Source: Mobula birostris
Taxonomy: Eukaryota
DNA length: 64,000 nt
Reading direction: 5' to 3'
NCBI RefSeq assembly: GCF_030028105.1
Contig: NC_092370.1
Coordinates: 198,816,005-198,880,004 of the forward strand
The position numbers and the translations under genes are program-made. Under the pieces are notes generated by a model. The model saw only the letters and a program-made list of their open reading frames with translations, was not told where the DNA came from and made no database searches. This document shows positions 61,431 through 64,000 of the stretch, piece after piece. Position 1 is the first letter of the stretch, and each line of letters begins with the position of its first letter.

Positions 61431-63053
61431 GGAGCTAAGGTAAGACATCAGCCAGAATCTTATTGAACTGTTGATACAGGCTAGAGTGACTAATGTAAGT
61501 TTTAACCCAAAAAATTGTAAGTTCCTTCCTGCCCACAAATGCTGCCTGAGTTCCTCCAGCAGATTGATTTTTTTTGTTGAAAACTGGAAAGAATATTCCA
61601 GGTTTAGCCTCACCATCATTCTGGACAATTGTATAATTCAGGGACGAAAGTGCCTTTTGTTTCACTTTACAGTAAACTGATCATGGAACGAACATACAAG
61701 TTTCACACGGAGAATACCAGTGTTCGAGCTTGAACCTGGGCCCTTGGAGTTGCAAGGCAGCACTACCATGGTGCCCACTGATGGGAATTTCCCCATTTTT
61801 CAGCAGATTTTGGGAGAATTTCTTCTGCTAGGTGCTGCATTTGCAATGGATATCTTATACATTATTTTACTGAGATTTGGAGTAGCTTTTGCTGTGGAAG
61901 TTCAGATCCATATTTTAGAAAATTTTGGGAGGTGATTTTTGTGGTGCGTGTTGCAGTTGTGATGAATATTTTATGGCAAACCTCAATGAGGTTTAGGAAG
62001 ATAACCTCCATTATCCCATTCTGTAAACGTAACCTGCTACTTATAGATGTCATAGAGGTAAGTGAGATGTACATTATGGAAACAGACCATTCATTCCACC
62101 TCATCCAAACTAATAAGTGGGTACCCTTTCTGTATTAATCACAACTCCCAAGACCTGGTCCATAGGCTTCAATGCCTAAGAGATCAAGGTGTTCATCTAG
62201 ACACTTTCTAAATGCAGTCAGCTATTATAGTGTACCACTCTAGGGGACCACGTGAATAGCAACAGTCCAATTGGTTTTAAGAAATGTAATAGAACTCTAC
62301 ATAACACATTGACTATGAATGAAGAAAAAGAGGCATTGCACAGTTTATTCTTGCAAATAATATGTTATTAAAAATAAAGTTTATTCTGACATGTAAAAAG
62401 TGACCATTCTCTCTGGCAATGCTTTCAGGTATTTACCACTCTTTGTGTGGAAGAAGGTCCCTTCATATCCTCTCTGAATGCCTTCTCTCTTACCCCAAAT
62501 CTTTGTTCTCTAGCTTTATCTATCTTGTTATGGAAAAAGGTTCCTGCAGTCTACTCTATCTATACTGTATATCCTAAAATATTTTATAACTCTGTTTATT
62601 TTTGTACTTTTTAAAATTTTCTCCTCAGAGACTACTCCACTTTAGAGAGGACAGAACTCACTTCTCCGGACTCTCTGTTTATCTGAACAGCTCTATCCCA
62701 GGCACCATCCAGGTGAATCTCTCTAGCATTATCTCACCTTCTCTAGCACAATATATCTTTCATGTAGCATGGTAACCGGAACTGCACGCTGTACTTCTGC
62801 TGAAGTATGAGCAAGGGTCTATAAAGCTGGAGTTTAACCTCCGACTTCTGTATCCTTCCGAGTAGGATCTTAGGAAGCATGAAGGAACATAGGAGCCTTG
62901 GAGTACAAGTCATAGACACTTGAAGATGGCAACACTGGTAGATAGTGTGGTTAGAAAGCCATATGGGATACCAGCTGTTATTGGTCAGGATATTAAATAT
63001 ATCGATGAACAGAGTAATCCTGGGGTACAAGTCCATATCTCCCAGAATATTGT

Positions 63054-63592
63054 GTGGCCACTTTATTAGGTATGAGTGGAACTCGGTGAGGTCTTCTGCT
63101 GCTGTAGCCCATGCACTTCAAGGTTTGATGTGTTGTGTATTCAATGATGCTCTTCTGCACACCACTGTTGTAACTCATGGTTATTTCAGTTACTGTCACC
63201 TTCCTGTCAGCTTCAGCCAGTCCGGCCATTCTCCACTGACCTCTCTCATTAACAAGCTGTTTTTGCCCACGGAACTGCCACTCACTGGATGTTTCTTTGT
63301 TTCTTGCACCATCCTCTGTAAACTCTAGAGACTGTTGTGTGTGAAAATCCCAGGAGATCAGCAATTTCTGAGTTAATCAAACCCTCTGCGTCTGGCATCA
63401 ATAGTCATTCCACGGTCAAAGCCACTTTGATCACATTGCTTCCCCATTCTGATGTTTGGTCTGAAAAGCAACTGAACGTGTGAGCGACGTCTGCATTTTC
63501 ATGCATTGAGTTGCTGCCACGTGATTGACCAATTAGATACTTGCATTAATAAGCCAGTGTAGAGGTGTACCTAATAAAGTGGCCACTGAGTG
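63054..63592 (-). mobile_element. Tc1-derived non-autonomous element
   Basis: TIRs GTGGCCACTTTATTAGGTA / TACCTAATAAAGTGGCCACTGAGTG-TA; HTH remnant RKVTVTEITMSYNSGVQKSI...MGYSSRRPHRVPL. Confidence 0.85.
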
Positions 63593-63639
63593 TAAGCAGA
63601 TATAGTGGTAAAGAAAGTATACGACCTACTTTCCTTCAT

Positions 63640-64000
63640 CGTTCAGGTGTTGTGTATAAGAGTCAGGAAGTCATGTTGACGCTGTATAAACTTTGGTTCA
63701 GTTCTGTTTGCTATTGCAGGAAGGACGTGCAGAGGGTGCAGAAGCTGTTCTCCTGAATGTGACCTGGATTAGAAAGTATAAGGAGAGGCTGGGCAAACTT
63801 GGATTATTTAGTCTGGAGTCTAGGAGGCTGAGGAGTAAACTATGAGGGGTATAGAAAGAGTAGATAGTCAGAGTCATTTTACCAGGGTGGATATGTCAAA
63901 TACCAGAGGTGAGAAGGGGAAAGTTTAAGAGAGATTACAAGGCAGTTTTTTTACACACAGAGAGTGGCAGATGCCTGTAACATACTGCCGGGGAGGTGTG
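63640..64000 (+). mobile_element. CR1 RT 3' fragment running off the window end
   Basis: YKSQEVMLTLYK...RKDVQRVQK; TTTAGTCTGGAG..AGGAGGCTGAGG. Confidence 0.7.

Overview
Repeat-rich, AT-rich vertebrate genomic DNA. The repeat inventory (abundant CR1 LINEs, HE1/V-SINE-like tRNA SINEs, Rex1/Babar, RTE, Penelope-like elements, Tc1/pogo/hAT derivatives) points to an elasmobranch, probably a ray (inference). No intact protein-coding gene was found; nearly all listed ORFs are TE remnants or noise. Main results: (1) a decayed multi-exon gene on the minus strand (~52.6-59.3 kb). It has GT-AG boundaries, several phase-consistent junctions and many stops and frameshifts, and its last visible exon weakly resembles GREB1-family sequence. 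(2) That last exon lies inside a Gypsy-like LTR element, which itself interrupts a CR1 LINE. (3) At least two families of Penelope-type repeats carry minimal hammerhead-ribozyme motifs, including a TSD-flanked ~130-bp unit and a ~0.9-kb fold-back insertion with a hammerhead motif on each strand. (4) Several deeply nested TE clusters. (5) Several repeat-free blocks that look like conserved non-coding elements. All calls were made by eye, without searches.
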